48,179 nt of DNA from an uncultured Erysipelotrichaceae bacterium (GCA_902797275.1 CADBSI010000022.1:1-48179); one strand, 5' to 3'; counted from the first letter of the stretch, positions 23,227 through 34,587 are shown. A program made the numbers and translations. The notes: generated by a model from the letters alone, not told the origin.

Positions 23227-25158
23227 TTAATTCTTATTTTCTTTATTTAATATTTCCAATATTTTACTTTCAAGTTTTGGCTCATTAAAACCAAAGTAAT
23301 CAAGTAATTCTTGTTTTTTACCAGATATACTAAATTCATCTATACTAATTACTTTCTTAGTTAATTCAAAATAATAATTTTTAACACCTAAAGTAATAGC
23401 AATTGTATTTTCTCCACTCAATTTTTCTTTAATACTTTCTTTAGCATTTTTAAGACAAGGAGCACTATAAACATTTGCATGAATGCCAATACTTTCTAAA
23501 TTTTCACTTAATTTTAAAGTTATACCTAGTTCTTCTCCATTACTAATTAAATTAATATAATCTTCATATTCAGTTTTTCTTACTAAATAAATACCGTCTT
23601 CTACTCCACTTATCTTAGTATCATTAGATATTTCTTTATTATCTCTTGGTAAAACTAAAGCACTTGGAGATTTTTCTTTCATAATTTCCATGTAAGATCC
23701 GATTAACTCATTTAAATCATATGGACGATATACTTTTAAATTAGGAATTAATTCAAGAGATGCAAGTTGTTCAATAGGATGATGAGCTGGTCCATCTTCG
23801 CCAACCGTGATAGAATCATGGGTAAATATATATAAAACTGGTAAATTCATCATTGAAGACATTCTAATTGCTGGTTTCATATAATCTGAAAAAGCTAAAA
23901 AAGTACTTCCAAAAGGACGAAGTCCAGCAAGAGCCATCCCATTTAAAATAGCACCCATAGCATGTTCTCTAATACCAAAATAAATATTTCTTCCTGAATA
24001 ATCATCACTTAAAAATGGTTTAAATTTTTCTAAATTAGTTTTACAACTACTAGACAAATCTGCTGATCCACCGATTAATAAAGGAAAATTATCAGCTATT
24101 TTATTTAAAATTTCTCCTGATAAAACTCTTAAAGATTTATTTTCATATTCAATATCTAAATCATTTAATTGATAAGTATTATCTTTTTCCATTATTTTTT
24201 TAACTATTAAATTATTATAATCAATTTTTTTATTTTTCTTATATTCATTGAAACGATTAGTAATATTAGTTTTTAAATCTAAACAACAATCAGCTGAAAC
24301 TGTAAAAGGAGCATCAATTATTCCTAATTTTTCTTTAACACTGGTAATATCTTCTAAATCAAGTGGTACTCCATGAACTAAATTAGTTCCTTGATTTTTA
24401 GAATATAATCCAATAGTTGTTTTACAAATAATAATACTTGGTCTATCACTATTTCTAGCAAGTTTTAAAGCATCATCAATACTATCTGGACTATCAACAG
24501 CATCAATTATATTAAAATTAATACTTTCAAATCTTTTTTTTATATCTTCACAACTGGAAATACTTAATTTATTATCTAAAGTTATATCATTACTATCATA
24601 TAAAACAATTAAGTTTTTAAGTTTTAAAGTACCAGCTAAGGCTAAAGCTTCATAAGTAATACCTTCTTCTAGTTCTCCATCACCACATAAAACATATGTA
24701 TAATATTCAATATTTTTTTTACTAATTTGATATAAATATTCTTCAGCTATACTATAACCAACTGAAGTTGCTACTCCTTGACCTAAAGGTCCAGTTGACA
24801 TTTCTATAAAAGGTGTTTTCATATACTCTGGATGACCAGGAGTTTTAGAGTTTATTCTTCTTAAGTTTTTAATATCATCAAGAGATAAAATACCTAACAT
24901 ATAAAATATTCCATATAAAAGTGGTACTCCATGTCCTGCTGACATGATAAATCTATCGCGATTTAGAAAATCTTTATTATCTAAATCCATAATTAAATGT
25001 CTTTTATACAAAGTATAAATAATAGAAGCAGATCCTAAACATATTCCTGAATGACCACTACCAGCATTATTAATCATATCAATTGCTAAACCTCTTAAAT
25101 TATTAATTCCTACTTTATCTAATTCATAATCTGTATTTTTATTTAATATATCTAACAT
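23227..25158 (-). CDS. tkt: transketolase
   Basis: 643 aa. Motifs: GSGHSG, GHPE, GPLGQG, the ThDP motif CGDGELEEG, and FGIREHAM. Confidence 0.9.
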   Translation of the reverse strand: MLDILNKNTDYELDKVGINNLRGLAIDMINNAGSGHSGICLGSASIIYTLYKRHLIMDLDNKDFLNRDRFIMSAGHGVPLLYGIFYMLGILSLDDIKNLRRINSKTPGHPEYMKTPFIEMSTGPLGQGVATSVGYSIAEEYLYQISKKNIEYYTYVLCGDGELEEGITYEALALAGTLKLKNLIVLYDSNDITLDNKLSISSCEDIKKRFESINFNIIDAVDSPDSIDDALKLARNSDRPSIIICKTTIGLYSKNQGTNLVHGVPLDLEDITSVKEKLGIIDAPFTVSADCCLDLKTNITNRFNEYKKNKKIDYNNLIVKKIMEKDNTYQLNDLDIEYENKSLRVLSGEILNKIADNFPLLIGGSADLSSSCKTNLEKFKPFLSDDYSGRNIYFGIREHAMGAILNGMALAGLRPFGSTFLAFSDYMKPAIRMSSMMNLPVLYIFTHDSITVGEDGPAHHPIEQLASLELIPNLKVYRPYDLNELIGSYMEIMKEKSPSALVLPRDNKEISNDTKISGVEDGIYLVRKTEYEDYINLISNGEELGITLKLSENLESIGIHANVYSAPCLKNAKESIKEKLSGENTIAITLGVKNYYFELTKKVISIDEFSISGKKQELLDYFGFNEPKLESKILEILNKENKN

Positions 25159-25272
25159 ATTTCCTCCATCTATTTTAATTATAACGAATTTTTTTAATAT
25201 TTAAAAGAATTTTTTCAAAAAAACTTTTTTTCTTTTATATTTTTTAGTATACTTATAGTGGTGGGGGGCAAT

Positions 25273-25797
25273 ATGAAAAACTATATAACTAATATAGAAT
25301 TAATAAATGAACATATTATAATAACATACAATAATAAATATATTAAAAAAGTAATATACAATAAAAATAATCGTGATGAAATAATAGCTAATTTAGAATT
25401 AAATAAAAATAATTTAAAAGTTGAAAGAAAACATTTAAATAAATTTAAAAATTATTTATATCTTCTAAGTTTTTTTAAGATTTCTATGACTATTTTGATA
25501 TATTTAATAACAACTAATTTAATAACTAGAACTTTAATAACTATTTGGTGTTTAGAAATATGTGCTTTTTGTTCTATTTTAATTAAAGAATTACAAAAAG
25601 ATAAATTAAGTATTGATACTTTATTAAAGGTTTTATTTACTAAGGAATTACCAAATGAAGATGAATATCTTTCTAAAAGAAAAATAACTGATATAGAAAA
25701 ATATAAAAGTATAAAATATAAGAATAGTTTGTTAGAGAATAATTTTAATGATTGCTTAGATGATTCTAAGAAAATTTTAGCATTTAAAAAGAAATAG
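25273..25797 (+). CDS. hypothetical membrane protein
   Basis: Start placed at the ATG at 25273, after a GGGGGG SD. Two central hydrophobic helices; no recognisable family motif. Confidence 0.45.
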   Translation: MKNYITNIELINEHIIITYNNKYIKKVIYNKNNRDEIIANLELNKNNLKVERKHLNKFKNYLYLLSFFKISMTILIYLITTNLITRTLITIWCLEICAFCSILIKELQKDKLSIDTLLKVLFTKELPNEDEYLSKRKITDIEKYKSIKYKNSLLENNFNDCLDDSKKILAFKKK

Positions 25798-25820
25798 AAA
25801 GAAATTAATCTTTCTATTTT
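25795..25820 (+). terminator. stem-loop terminator shared by convergent genes
   Basis: TAGAAAG, 8 nt, CTTTCTA, followed by TTTT. It overlaps the stop codons of both flanking ORFs. Confidence 0.4.
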
Positions 25821-25972
25821 AGTTTCATCATATTTTCAAAGTCATTACACATGTCATTTTCTAGACGACACATTTCTCTTTTAGTTCTAGGACTTAAAAC
25901 AAAGTTATAAACTATTGCTCCAGCTCCTACCATAATAAGAGAAGTTATTCCTAAAATCATGCTTTTTTTCAC
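25814..25972 (-). CDS. small (52-aa) single-TM protein, not in the ORF track
   Basis: The GTG at 25972 is preceded by AGGTGAT. Translation: VKKSMILGITSLIMVGAGAIVYNFVLSPRTKREMCRLENDMCNDFENMMKLK, then TAG. Confidence 0.35.
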   Translation of the reverse strand: MKKSMILGITSLIMVGAGAIVYNFVLSPRTKREMCRLENDMCNDFENMMKLK

Positions 25973-26041
25973 AAATATCACCTACTAAAAATATGATTGG
26001 TACTTTTTGTACCATTTATATTATGAGTGATATTTTTTATT

Positions 26042-28222
26042 TTATACATTTAAATTATATCTTTCTTTAATTTTATTTACTAAATTAGTTTTTCGATTAT
26101 TTTCTTTTTCATTTATAACACTTTGATTTAAGGCATTTACTTCTCCTAATAAAATTAATTTATTTTTAGCTCTTGTTATTCCTGTATAAATTAATTTTTT
26201 GTAAAGCATCCTGCCGTATTCATTTAAAATAGGAATAACTACCGTATTAAATTCACTTCCTTGAGATTTATGAATACTAATAACATAACCAAGAGTAAAG
26301 TTTTGAAAATTAGAAGAATTAAATGTAACAATATTAGAATCAAAATCAATAGTTATTTCTTTTAATATATTATTAATTTCAATAATTATACCAATATCAC
26401 CATTATAAATATTATCATCAGGCATATTCATAAGTTGTAATACTTTATCTCCTTCTCTATATAAACAATCATTTATAATCATTTCATTTTTATTAGACTC
26501 TTTTGGATTTAATAACTCTTGCATACATTTATTTAAATTATTAATTCCATTTAAAGTTTTATACATAGGTGCCATTATTTGATAAGATAAGTAATCACTT
26601 GTTTTTAGTTTATTAATAATAATAGTTAAATTTTCTTTTATATCAATTGAACTTGCTTTATAAAAGAATAAATCATCACTTTTATTAAATAAATTATAAT
26701 TAACTTCTCCTAAATTAACATCATGAGCAAGTTCTATTATATTTGATCCTTTCTTTTGTCTATAAAGAGTATTAAGTTCAACAACCGAAAATACTTCTGA
26801 TTCAATTAAATCTTTTAAAATATTACCAGGTGATACACTTGGTAATTGATTAGCATCACCTACCATAATTAAAATAGTATCAAATTTAAGTCCATTTAAA
26901 AGAGAAGAAAATAAAATTGTATCTAACATGCTAACTTCATCTACTATGACAATTTTACAATCACTTTTATTGTATTCATTTACTTGAAACTTGTTAGTAT
27001 CTTTATTCCATTTCAAAAACCTATGAATGGTACTAGCTGGATAGTTAGTAGCTTCCATAATTCGTTTACTAGCACGTCCTGTTGGAGCAAGTAAAACTAT
27101 ATCATCTTTTGAATAGAAATCTTCATACATTGAAACAATTGATTTAATAATAGTTGTTTTTCCTGTTCCTGGTCCACCTGATATAATTAAAAAATTTTTT
27201 AAAAAAGCTAATTTAATTGCTTCTTTTTGTTTATCATCATATTTAATATTATAAACATTTTCTAAATTATTAATCATTTTATCTAACTTAGTTTCTTTAA
27301 TTAAAGTATCAGGTTTATTTTTTAAATAAGTTAAACGTTTAACTATATTATTATCAGCTTCATAATATATTAAAAGCTCATAGTTATCTAATCCTAAATC
27401 CATTATTTTTAACTTTTTAATTAAAGAATTTAAACAATCTAAAAATAAATCTTCTGGTATTAAATAATTAATAATTACTTTTAAAAGATTAAATATTTCA
27501 CTTTTAGTTTGAATAGTATTACCTGTTTCAAAGGATAAAACATTCATAGTTTCTATGATACCTGCTTCTATTCTTCTTATATCATCTTTTAAATAATTAT
27601 TTTTTCTAGCAATTAAATCTACTTTTTGAAAACTTATTTTTTCAAGATCATAATAAATATCATATAAATTATTTTCTAAAATACTTAAAGTTTCTTCTTT
27701 ATAATATTTATAAATTAAAGTACTTTCTTTTATACTAAAACCAAGATCAGTTATTTTTAAAATTATTTCGGAACTATTATCCATTTCTTCTATTTTATTT
27801 TTAATAGTTTCTTTATTTTTCTTAGATAAAGACTCAATACTATCTAAAACACCACTATCACTTTTAATTTTACTAATAGCATCATCTCCTAAAGCTTCAT
27901 ATATTTTTAAAGCTTTAGCCTCACCTATACCTTTAAATAAATCACTGGTAAAGAATTTAATAATACTATTTTTATCTTCAGCAACTATTACTTTATAACT
28001 TGAAACATTTAATTGCATACCATACTTTAAATGTTTTGTAAGTTCTCCTATTACTTCTAAATTAGTATTTTCTAAAGTATCATAGAAATAACCCGTTATG
28101 GTAATAGTTTTATTATTATAACTATCATCTAAGTCATTTTTTAATACTTTAAATAACAAAACCATATAATTATTATCTGATTTAAATATAGTTTTAGTTA
28201 TTACTCCTTGAAAACTACTCAT
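26042..28222 (-). CDS. recD2: ATP-dependent RecD2-type (RecD/TraA family) SF1 DNA helicase
   Basis: 726 aa with Walker A GGPGTGKTT, DEVSMLD, GDANQLPSV and the C-terminal SIHKSQGSEF...YTGITRAK. Confidence 0.85.
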   Translation of the reverse strand: MSSFQGVITKTIFKSDNNYMVLLFKVLKNDLDDSYNNKTITITGYFYDTLENTNLEVIGELTKHLKYGMQLNVSSYKVIVAEDKNSIIKFFTSDLFKGIGEAKALKIYEALGDDAISKIKSDSGVLDSIESLSKKNKETIKNKIEEMDNSSEIILKITDLGFSIKESTLIYKYYKEETLSILENNLYDIYYDLEKISFQKVDLIARKNNYLKDDIRRIEAGIIETMNVLSFETGNTIQTKSEIFNLLKVIINYLIPEDLFLDCLNSLIKKLKIMDLGLDNYELLIYYEADNNIVKRLTYLKNKPDTLIKETKLDKMINNLENVYNIKYDDKQKEAIKLAFLKNFLIISGGPGTGKTTIIKSIVSMYEDFYSKDDIVLLAPTGRASKRIMEATNYPASTIHRFLKWNKDTNKFQVNEYNKSDCKIVIVDEVSMLDTILFSSLLNGLKFDTILIMVGDANQLPSVSPGNILKDLIESEVFSVVELNTLYRQKKGSNIIELAHDVNLGEVNYNLFNKSDDLFFYKASSIDIKENLTIIINKLKTSDYLSYQIMAPMYKTLNGINNLNKCMQELLNPKESNKNEMIINDCLYREGDKVLQLMNMPDDNIYNGDIGIIIEINNILKEITIDFDSNIVTFNSSNFQNFTLGYVISIHKSQGSEFNTVVIPILNEYGRMLYKKLIYTGITRAKNKLILLGEVNALNQSVINEKENNRKTNLVNKIKERYNLNV

Positions 28223-29024
28223 CTTCCACCTGACACTTAGGACAATAATAAGTAGTTCTACCTGATACTTTAGTAATTACTAATTTTTCTTGACAAATAG
28301 GACAAATACTTTTAGTATGAACTAATAATTTATCTTGGTAAGATCCATATACACCTAAACTAGAAGTATAACTTCTAATAGTTGTTCCTTTATATTTAAT
28401 GGCATCAGTTAGTATTTCTTTAGTATTATTAATAATATCTAAACAATTATTAGAATTTAATAAATAAGCTTTTTTTAAAGGATAAATATGACTTTTAAAA
28501 AGAATTTCATCAGCATAGATATTACCTATTCCTGTAATTATACTTTGATCTAATAAACAAGTTTTAATACTATTTTTCTTTAATTTTAATTTATTTAATA
28601 AATAATCTGGTGTTAATTCTTTACTAAATGGTTCAAGACCAAGTTCTTTTAAAGGAGTATCAAGAAATAACTTGTCTTTAGAAACCAAGTACATTACTCC
28701 AAATTTACGTACATCATTATATTTTAAATAAGAATTATTACTTAATTTAAAAATTATATGATCATGCTTAGTTTTTAAACAATCATTGGTATAAAAATAC
28801 TTACCTTCCATCCTTAAATGACTAACTAAGTAATAATTGGTTGTTTCAAAAATAAGCCATTTTCCTAGTCTTTTTATATCAAGAAATTCTTCATTTTTAA
28901 TACTATCTAAATTATTAGTTTTAACCATATCAGGATAATATACATTTACATCTATTACTTTTAAACCTATTAAATCTTTTTTTAAAACATTTTTTACTGT
29001 TTCAACCTCTGGTAATTCTGGCAT
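28215..29024 (-). CDS. mutM: formamidopyrimidine-DNA glycosylase
   Basis: Begins MPELPEVETV. It has an H2TH region and a C-terminal zinc finger, CPICQ...YYCPKCQ. Confidence 0.9.
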   Translation of the reverse strand: MPELPEVETVKNVLKKDLIGLKVIDVNVYYPDMVKTNNLDSIKNEEFLDIKRLGKWLIFETTNYYLVSHLRMEGKYFYTNDCLKTKHDHIIFKLSNNSYLKYNDVRKFGVMYLVSKDKLFLDTPLKELGLEPFSKELTPDYLLNKLKLKKNSIKTCLLDQSIITGIGNIYADEILFKSHIYPLKKAYLLNSNNCLDIINNTKEILTDAIKYKGTTIRSYTSSLGVYGSYQDKLLVHTKSICPICQEKLVITKVSGRTTYYCPKCQVEDE

Positions 29025-29080
29025 AACTTCACCCCACTAACATTTTATTAATATTTTATTAATTTGTAAATAAAAATTAT

Positions 29081-30499
29081 TTAATCATTTATTTTTTCTA
29101 TTTTCATAAAATCAGTACTAGCTGAATCAATTGGCATTCCCCCAGTTATTATAATTGTATCACCTTTTTTACCATTAAATTTTTCAAGATAATTTTGTAT
29201 ACTTTCTTTAATAATTGTATCTGTATCATGAAAATTATTAACTAAACAAGGAAATACTCCATAATTTAAAGTTAAACTTCTTAAAGTATTAATTTTAGGA
29301 CTCATGGTAAAAATTACACTTTTGGGTTTAAAATAACTAATTTTTCTAGCTGTATAACCACTTATAGTATTAACTAAAATACCATTAGCATTTAAAATAA
29401 GATCACTATTAACAACTGAATAAGCAATAGTAGATGTTATATCTTGATTAACTATTTTAAATGTATCTTCTAAATTTTCTTTATAAGAAAAATCACTTTC
29501 AGCTTCTAAAATTACTTTATTTATTACTTCAATACAATCAACTGGGTAATTACCAATTGTTGTTTCTTCTCCTAAAACTAAGGCATCACATTTATCAAAA
29601 ACGGCATTATAAATATCAGCAACTTCAGCACGTGATGGATTCTCGTCTAGTACCATACTTTTTAATAAATCCGTAGCAACAAGTCCTAATTTTTGATATT
29701 CATTAGCTTTTTCTAATATTTTCTTTTGATAAAATGGTAATTTTTCAAGAGGTATTTCTATTCCTAAATCTCCTCTTGCTACCATTACACCATCTACTAC
29801 TTTTAAAATTTCATCTAAATTATCATAAGCTTTTTCATTTTCTATTTTAGCAATTATATTAGTATGATCATTCGAGTTTTCTATTAATAAATCTATTACT
29901 TCTAATATATCTTGTTCATCTCTTACATATGATAAAGCTAAAAAATCAACATTGTTATTAATAGCAAACATAATATTATCATAATCTGTTTTACTAATAA
30001 AAGGTAATTTAGAAGATCCATTTTTAATATGAACTGTTTGATTACTTTTAATAATTCCTTCTTTTTTAACCTCACAAAGAAAATTATCATCATTTATATC
30101 AATAACTTCAAGTACACATTTTCCATCTGCTAATATAATTTCATCATGAAGTTCAACTAAATTAGTTAAATTATCATAGTTAGTAGAAAGTTGAGTATTA
30201 TTACAAACAACATGATAATTATAAAATCTAATTTCTTTTTCTAAAGATAAGCTAACTTCCTCTTCTTTTAATTTATCAAGTCTAATACTTGGTCCTTCTG
30301 TACCTAACATAATTCCAATAATTTTATTTAATTTTTTTTCACTTCTTCGTATTTTTCCTATTAACTCCATACAAACATCTAATTTAGTATGACTCATATT
30401 AATTTGAAATACATCAACACCTTTAACAATCATTTCTTCAATCATTTCAAGACTTGATGAAGAAGGACCTAAAGTTGCAACAATCTTAGTTTTTTTCAT
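29081..30499 (-). CDS. pyk: pyruvate kinase
   Basis: Start placed at the ATG at 30499 (GAGGTG SD). Motifs: MKKTKIVATLGPSS, MVARGDLGIEIP. Confidence 0.9.
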   Translation of the reverse strand: MKKTKIVATLGPSSSSLEMIEEMIVKGVDVFQINMSHTKLDVCMELIGKIRRSEKKLNKIIGIMLGTEGPSIRLDKLKEEEVSLSLEKEIRFYNYHVVCNNTQLSTNYDNLTNLVELHDEIILADGKCVLEVIDINDDNFLCEVKKEGIIKSNQTVHIKNGSSKLPFISKTDYDNIMFAINNNVDFLALSYVRDEQDILEVIDLLIENSNDHTNIIAKIENEKAYDNLDEILKVVDGVMVARGDLGIEIPLEKLPFYQKKILEKANEYQKLGLVATDLLKSMVLDENPSRAEVADIYNAVFDKCDALVLGEETTIGNYPVDCIEVINKVILEAESDFSYKENLEDTFKIVNQDITSTIAYSVVNSDLILNANGILVNTISGYTARKISYFKPKSVIFTMSPKINTLRSLTLNYGVFPCLVNNFHDTDTIIKESIQNYLEKFNGKKGDTIIITGGMPIDSASTDFMKIEKIND

Positions 30500-30506
30500 A
30501 TTCACC

Positions 30507-33356
30507 TCAATTTAATTTTTCTAGTTTTTTAACAATTATTTGATAAACACCATTTCTTTTTTCAACCCGACCCAATACTTTAATTATATCACCTTTTAAT
30601 AAATTATTATATGCTTTATATTCTTCTTTAAAAATAGTAAAATCAAGTGAACTACTTTCATCACTAGCATTAAAAAACATCATTTTATCACCTAGCTTAG
30701 TAGTAATTACTCGTATTTTTTCAACTAAAACTATTACTTCAACTAAAGAATTAAAGTAAGATCTTATATTATTTAAATTAATAATATTATTATATAACCC
30801 CTTATAATTTAAAGATGGATGATTAGAAAGATAAAAACCATATAATTCTTTCTCTAAATTAGTTATATAACTACTTTCATATTCCTTTTCTTCATAAATA
30901 ACAGGTTTTAATACTAAAGATTCATCTATTTGTTTACAAAGTTGACTATAATTTAATAAACTATCTAGGTTTTTTATTAAAGTTTGATGATTATAACCAA
31001 ATAAATCAAGAGAACCTGAATTAATTAAATTTTCTAAATTATCTTTAGTTAAATCTTGATTTTTACTAAAAAAGTCATATAAATCTAAATATTTATCACC
31101 TCGATTATTAATTATTTTAGTTATTAATAATTTATTTATACCTTTAATAATTGATAAAGGACAAACAATACTATTATTATTAATAGTATAATAATATTCA
31201 CTTAAATTAACATTTGGTTTTATAATATCTATTTTATATTTTTTTAATTCATATATATAATCTTTAGTTTCTAAAGTATCTGAAATAACACTATTTAATA
31301 AAGAAACATAAAAATATTTTTTATAATGAACTTTTAAATAAGCCATTTTAAAAGCTATTATAGAATAAGCAATGCTATGACTTTTATTAAATCCATAAGA
31401 AGCAAATTGTAAAATTAAATTATAAATATCAGTTGAAAGTTTATAATCATAACCAAGTTTAACTGAACCCGATATGAATTTATCTTTATATTTTAAAACT
31501 AAATCTTTATTTTTTTTAGAAATTGCTCTTCTTAAAATATCAGCTTCACTTAAACTAAAACCAGCCAAAGTTCTTGCTATTTGCATTGTTTGTTCTTGAT
31601 AAATAATTATACCATAAGTTGACTTTAAGATAGGTTCTAACTCTTTAGTATAATAATTAATTGGTTCTAATCCTTCTTTTCTTTTAATAAATGAGGGAAT
31701 AGATGAAACTGATGCAGGACGATATAAAGCCATAGCAGATGATATATCTAAAAATGAAGTTGGCTTTAAGTCTTTTAGAAATTTTTTCATACCAAAACTT
31801 TCAAATTGGAAAATACCATCAGTAGAAGCTTCTTGAAATAATTTAATTGTTTCTAAATCATCTAAAGGAATATCTTTAAATTCTAAATGCTTATCTTCTT
31901 GCTTATTAATATTTTCTAATATTTCCATAATGGTAGTCAAATTCTTAATACCTAAAAAATCCATTTTTAAAAGACCTAAATCTTCTAAATAACTTGCTTC
32001 ATAACCGCATATATATTGATTAGAATCAGGATCAAATACTAAAGGAACTATACTATCTAATTCAACAGAAGAAATTATAATACCTGCTGCATGAATCGAT
32101 GTATGTCTTTTTATTCCTTCAACTTTTTCAGAAATCTCAACTAGTTTTCTTAATCTGTTATCATTTTTAATTAGAAGTTGAAGTTTAGCATCAGTTTTAA
32201 TAATATCTATTAGTTTTTCCTTTCGAGAACCAATTATTTTACATATAGCATCTATATCAGGAAGGGGGATATTCATAACTCTTCCAATATCTCGAATACA
32301 CATTTTAGCTCCCATTTGTTGAAAAGTTATAATATTAGCAACATGTTTAAAACCATATTTTAAATTAACATAATCAATCACTTTCTCACGATAAATATCA
32401 GGAAAATCAGTATCAATATCAGGCATTGTAATTCTTTCAGGATTTAAAAACCTTTCAAATAATAAATCATATTTTAAAGGATCAACATCCGTTATACCAA
32501 GAGAATAACTAACTAAAGAGCCAGCTGCTGATCCCCTTCCAGGACCAACTAATATTTTATTCATCTTAGCATATTTTATATAATCATATACAATTAAAAA
32601 ATAATCTGTAAACCCCATTTTAATTATTATTTCAAGTTCATATTCAAGTCTTTTAAAATATAAATCATTTTTAACACCATTAAGTCTTTTCAATAATCCT
32701 TTATAAGCTAAAGATTTTAAATAAGAAACAGAATCACTAGTATATTTAGGTAAATTTAAACTATATTTTGGTAATTCTAAATTACATAACTCATTTAATT
32801 TAAAAGTATTTAAAGTTAATTTATTACTACCAACATCTTGATAATTACAATTATCACGATAAGAATAATCATCTATTATAGTTTTATTATCTCTTAAAAG
32901 TTCTAAATATTTTAAAATTTCTTTATCATTTTTTTCTTTATATAACATTTCTTTAAAATAAATACCATTTTCTTTAGTATCATCATTGGGAAAAAAAACA
33001 GTATCATAAATTAAATTAATATTAGTTAAAGGAATACATATTAAATTATCTTTATATTTTAAGTAATCATCTTCATCTAAGTCTTTTTTTGTTTTAAGTG
33101 AAAATAACTTTAATAAATTTTGAAAACCAGAATAATTTTTAGCAAATAAAATTCGATCAGTTAAATCTAAACCAACTATAGGATTTAAATTATTAGCTAT
33201 ACATTTCTTAATAAATTCCATTGAACCAAATAAGTTATTATCACAAATTGCAATTGCTGGTAATTTATTATTAAGAGCAATACTTATTAAATCATCAACA
33301 TTTAAAACACTAGATAAAAAAGAATAAGTTGTTTTATTATATAAAGGTATATACAT
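30507..33356 (-). CDS. dnaE: DNA polymerase III alpha subunit (DnaE type, short form)
   Basis: 949 aa with an N-terminal PHP domain, GPGRGSAAGSLVSY, PDIDTDF, and a HhH/OB C-terminal part. AAGGAGGG SD. Confidence 0.9.
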   Translation of the reverse strand: MYIPLYNKTTYSFLSSVLNVDDLISIALNNKLPAIAICDNNLFGSMEFIKKCIANNLNPIVGLDLTDRILFAKNYSGFQNLLKLFSLKTKKDLDEDDYLKYKDNLICIPLTNINLIYDTVFFPNDDTKENGIYFKEMLYKEKNDKEILKYLELLRDNKTIIDDYSYRDNCNYQDVGSNKLTLNTFKLNELCNLELPKYSLNLPKYTSDSVSYLKSLAYKGLLKRLNGVKNDLYFKRLEYELEIIIKMGFTDYFLIVYDYIKYAKMNKILVGPGRGSAAGSLVSYSLGITDVDPLKYDLLFERFLNPERITMPDIDTDFPDIYREKVIDYVNLKYGFKHVANIITFQQMGAKMCIRDIGRVMNIPLPDIDAICKIIGSRKEKLIDIIKTDAKLQLLIKNDNRLRKLVEISEKVEGIKRHTSIHAAGIIISSVELDSIVPLVFDPDSNQYICGYEASYLEDLGLLKMDFLGIKNLTTIMEILENINKQEDKHLEFKDIPLDDLETIKLFQEASTDGIFQFESFGMKKFLKDLKPTSFLDISSAMALYRPASVSSIPSFIKRKEGLEPINYYTKELEPILKSTYGIIIYQEQTMQIARTLAGFSLSEADILRRAISKKNKDLVLKYKDKFISGSVKLGYDYKLSTDIYNLILQFASYGFNKSHSIAYSIIAFKMAYLKVHYKKYFYVSLLNSVISDTLETKDYIYELKKYKIDIIKPNVNLSEYYYTINNNSIVCPLSIIKGINKLLITKIINNRGDKYLDLYDFFSKNQDLTKDNLENLINSGSLDLFGYNHQTLIKNLDSLLNYSQLCKQIDESLVLKPVIYEEKEYESSYITNLEKELYGFYLSNHPSLNYKGLYNNIINLNNIRSYFNSLVEVIVLVEKIRVITTKLGDKMMFFNASDESSSLDFTIFKEEYKAYNNLLKGDIIKVLGRVEKRNGVYQIIVKKLEKLN

Positions 33357-33429
33357 AAATCCCTCCTTGGTTCAATATTACAAACATATTATAACAAAAG
33401 AATGAAAAAATGTATATAAAAAAACTAGT

Positions 33430-33885
33430 TCATTTTGAATTAGTTTTCTTAGTAGATTTAGTTTTATTATTAGTTTTATAATTTTTATTATTTTTGTTAT
33501 TTTTATTATTCTTAGTATTACTATTCTTATAATTATTAGACTTATAATTAGTAGTTTTTTTATTAACACTTTGCTTAGATGAAGTTTTAGTTTCTTTTAT
33601 TTCTTCATTTTTTACTTCTTTATCTATTTTAATTTCTTCTTTCTCTTCTTTTGTCTCTACTGTTTTACTTTTTTTCTTTCTTTTAAGCATGTCTTTAAAA
33701 TTAACTTCTTCGTATAGTCCTTTAAAATAATAGCTTAAGAAGAAAGGAATAAATCCCCATAGAAATGAGATAGTTTGAAAAAGTGCAAACGCTTCTAAAG
33801 TAATAGTTATAAGGCTTAGAATTATTATTATATATTTATATATTTTTTTCTTTTTATAATTTTTTACTTTTTCTTCATTATTCAC
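33430..33885 (-). CDS. two-TM membrane protein with K/N-rich low-complexity tail
   Basis: 151 aa. It overlaps the upstream pyrH-like gene by 8 nt. No family motif is recognisable. Confidence 0.45.
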   Translation of the reverse strand: MNNEEKVKNYKKKKIYKYIIIILSLITITLEAFALFQTISFLWGFIPFFLSYYFKGLYEEVNFKDMLKRKKKSKTVETKEEKEEIKIDKEVKNEEIKETKTSSKQSVNKKTTNYKSNNYKNSNTKNNKNNKNNKNYKTNNKTKSTKKTNSK

Positions 33886-34579
33886 AAGAAATCACCGTTC
33901 CTATATTTTCTCCATTTAAAACTTTAATTAAGTTTTCTTTGTCATTGAAATTAATTACTAAAATGTCTTTATTTTCTTCCATGCAGTCTTTTATACATTT
34001 TAAATCCATTACTTTTATTTCAGGATTATCTAAAACTTCTTGATGAGTTAGTTTTTTATACATTGAAGCATCACTATATTTATTAGGATCTTTATTATAA
34101 ACACCATCAACATTAGTAAGTTTAATAATAACATCAGCACCTATCATAATAGCTTTCATACTTGCTGCTGTATCAGTTGAACATCCTATATGACCTGTTC
34201 CACCGCTAAAAACAATAACTGTTCCTTTTTTATATAATTTTTTTAATTCATCTTCACTATGATATTCAATTAATTCATGAAAATCAAATGGTGAAAAAAC
34301 AAGATTTGGAATATTTTCTTTCGTAAATGCATCTCTTAAAGCTAGAGCATTCATAGTTGTTCCAAGCATTCCCATAGAATCAGCATTTATAGCTTCCATA
34401 TCTTGATGACTTCTTCCACGAAAAAAATTACCTCCCCCTACAACTATTCCAATATTTATTCCCATATCATGAACTCTTTTTATTAGTTTAGCAATTTCTT
34501 TAGTTTTTTCTTTATTAATATTTTCAGAATCGCTCATAAGTGATTCTCCACTTAATTTAAGTAATATGTTTTTATACAT
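33878..34579 (-). CDS. amino-acid-kinase-fold UMP kinase (PyrH) homolog, divergent
   Basis: Start placed at the ATG at 34579 (AGGAGG SD). Motifs: ILLKLSGESL, VVGGGNFFRG, MGMLGTTMNALAL, VDGVYNKDP. The usual GTGNPYFSTDT motif reads GTGHIGCSTDT here. Confidence 0.7.
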   Translation of the reverse strand: MYKNILLKLSGESLMSDSENINKEKTKEIAKLIKRVHDMGINIGIVVGGGNFFRGRSHQDMEAINADSMGMLGTTMNALALRDAFTKENIPNLVFSPFDFHELIEYHSEDELKKLYKKGTVIVFSGGTGHIGCSTDTAASMKAIMIGADVIIKLTNVDGVYNKDPNKYSDASMYKKLTHQEVLDNPEIKVMDLKCIKDCMEENKDILVINFNDKENLIKVLNGENIGTVISCE

Positions 34580-34587
34580 AAATCCTC

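Noticed and set aside
26042-28222. The RecD/TraA-family helicase as the missing relaxase of the T4SS.
   Set aside because: It has a RecD2-type N-terminus and only the SF1 helicase motifs, with no HUH/relaxase (TrwC/TraI-type) N-terminal domain. It is 8 kb away from the T4SS, inside a housekeeping dnaE-pyk-mutM-recD2 operon with native AT-rich composition.
33378-33569. 63-aa minus-strand ORF overlapping the end of the 151-aa membrane protein gene.
   Set aside because: It is an alternative frame of the K/N-rich tail region (IIKI repeats). The other frame is contiguous with a TM-containing N-terminus and is coupled to the upstream gene.
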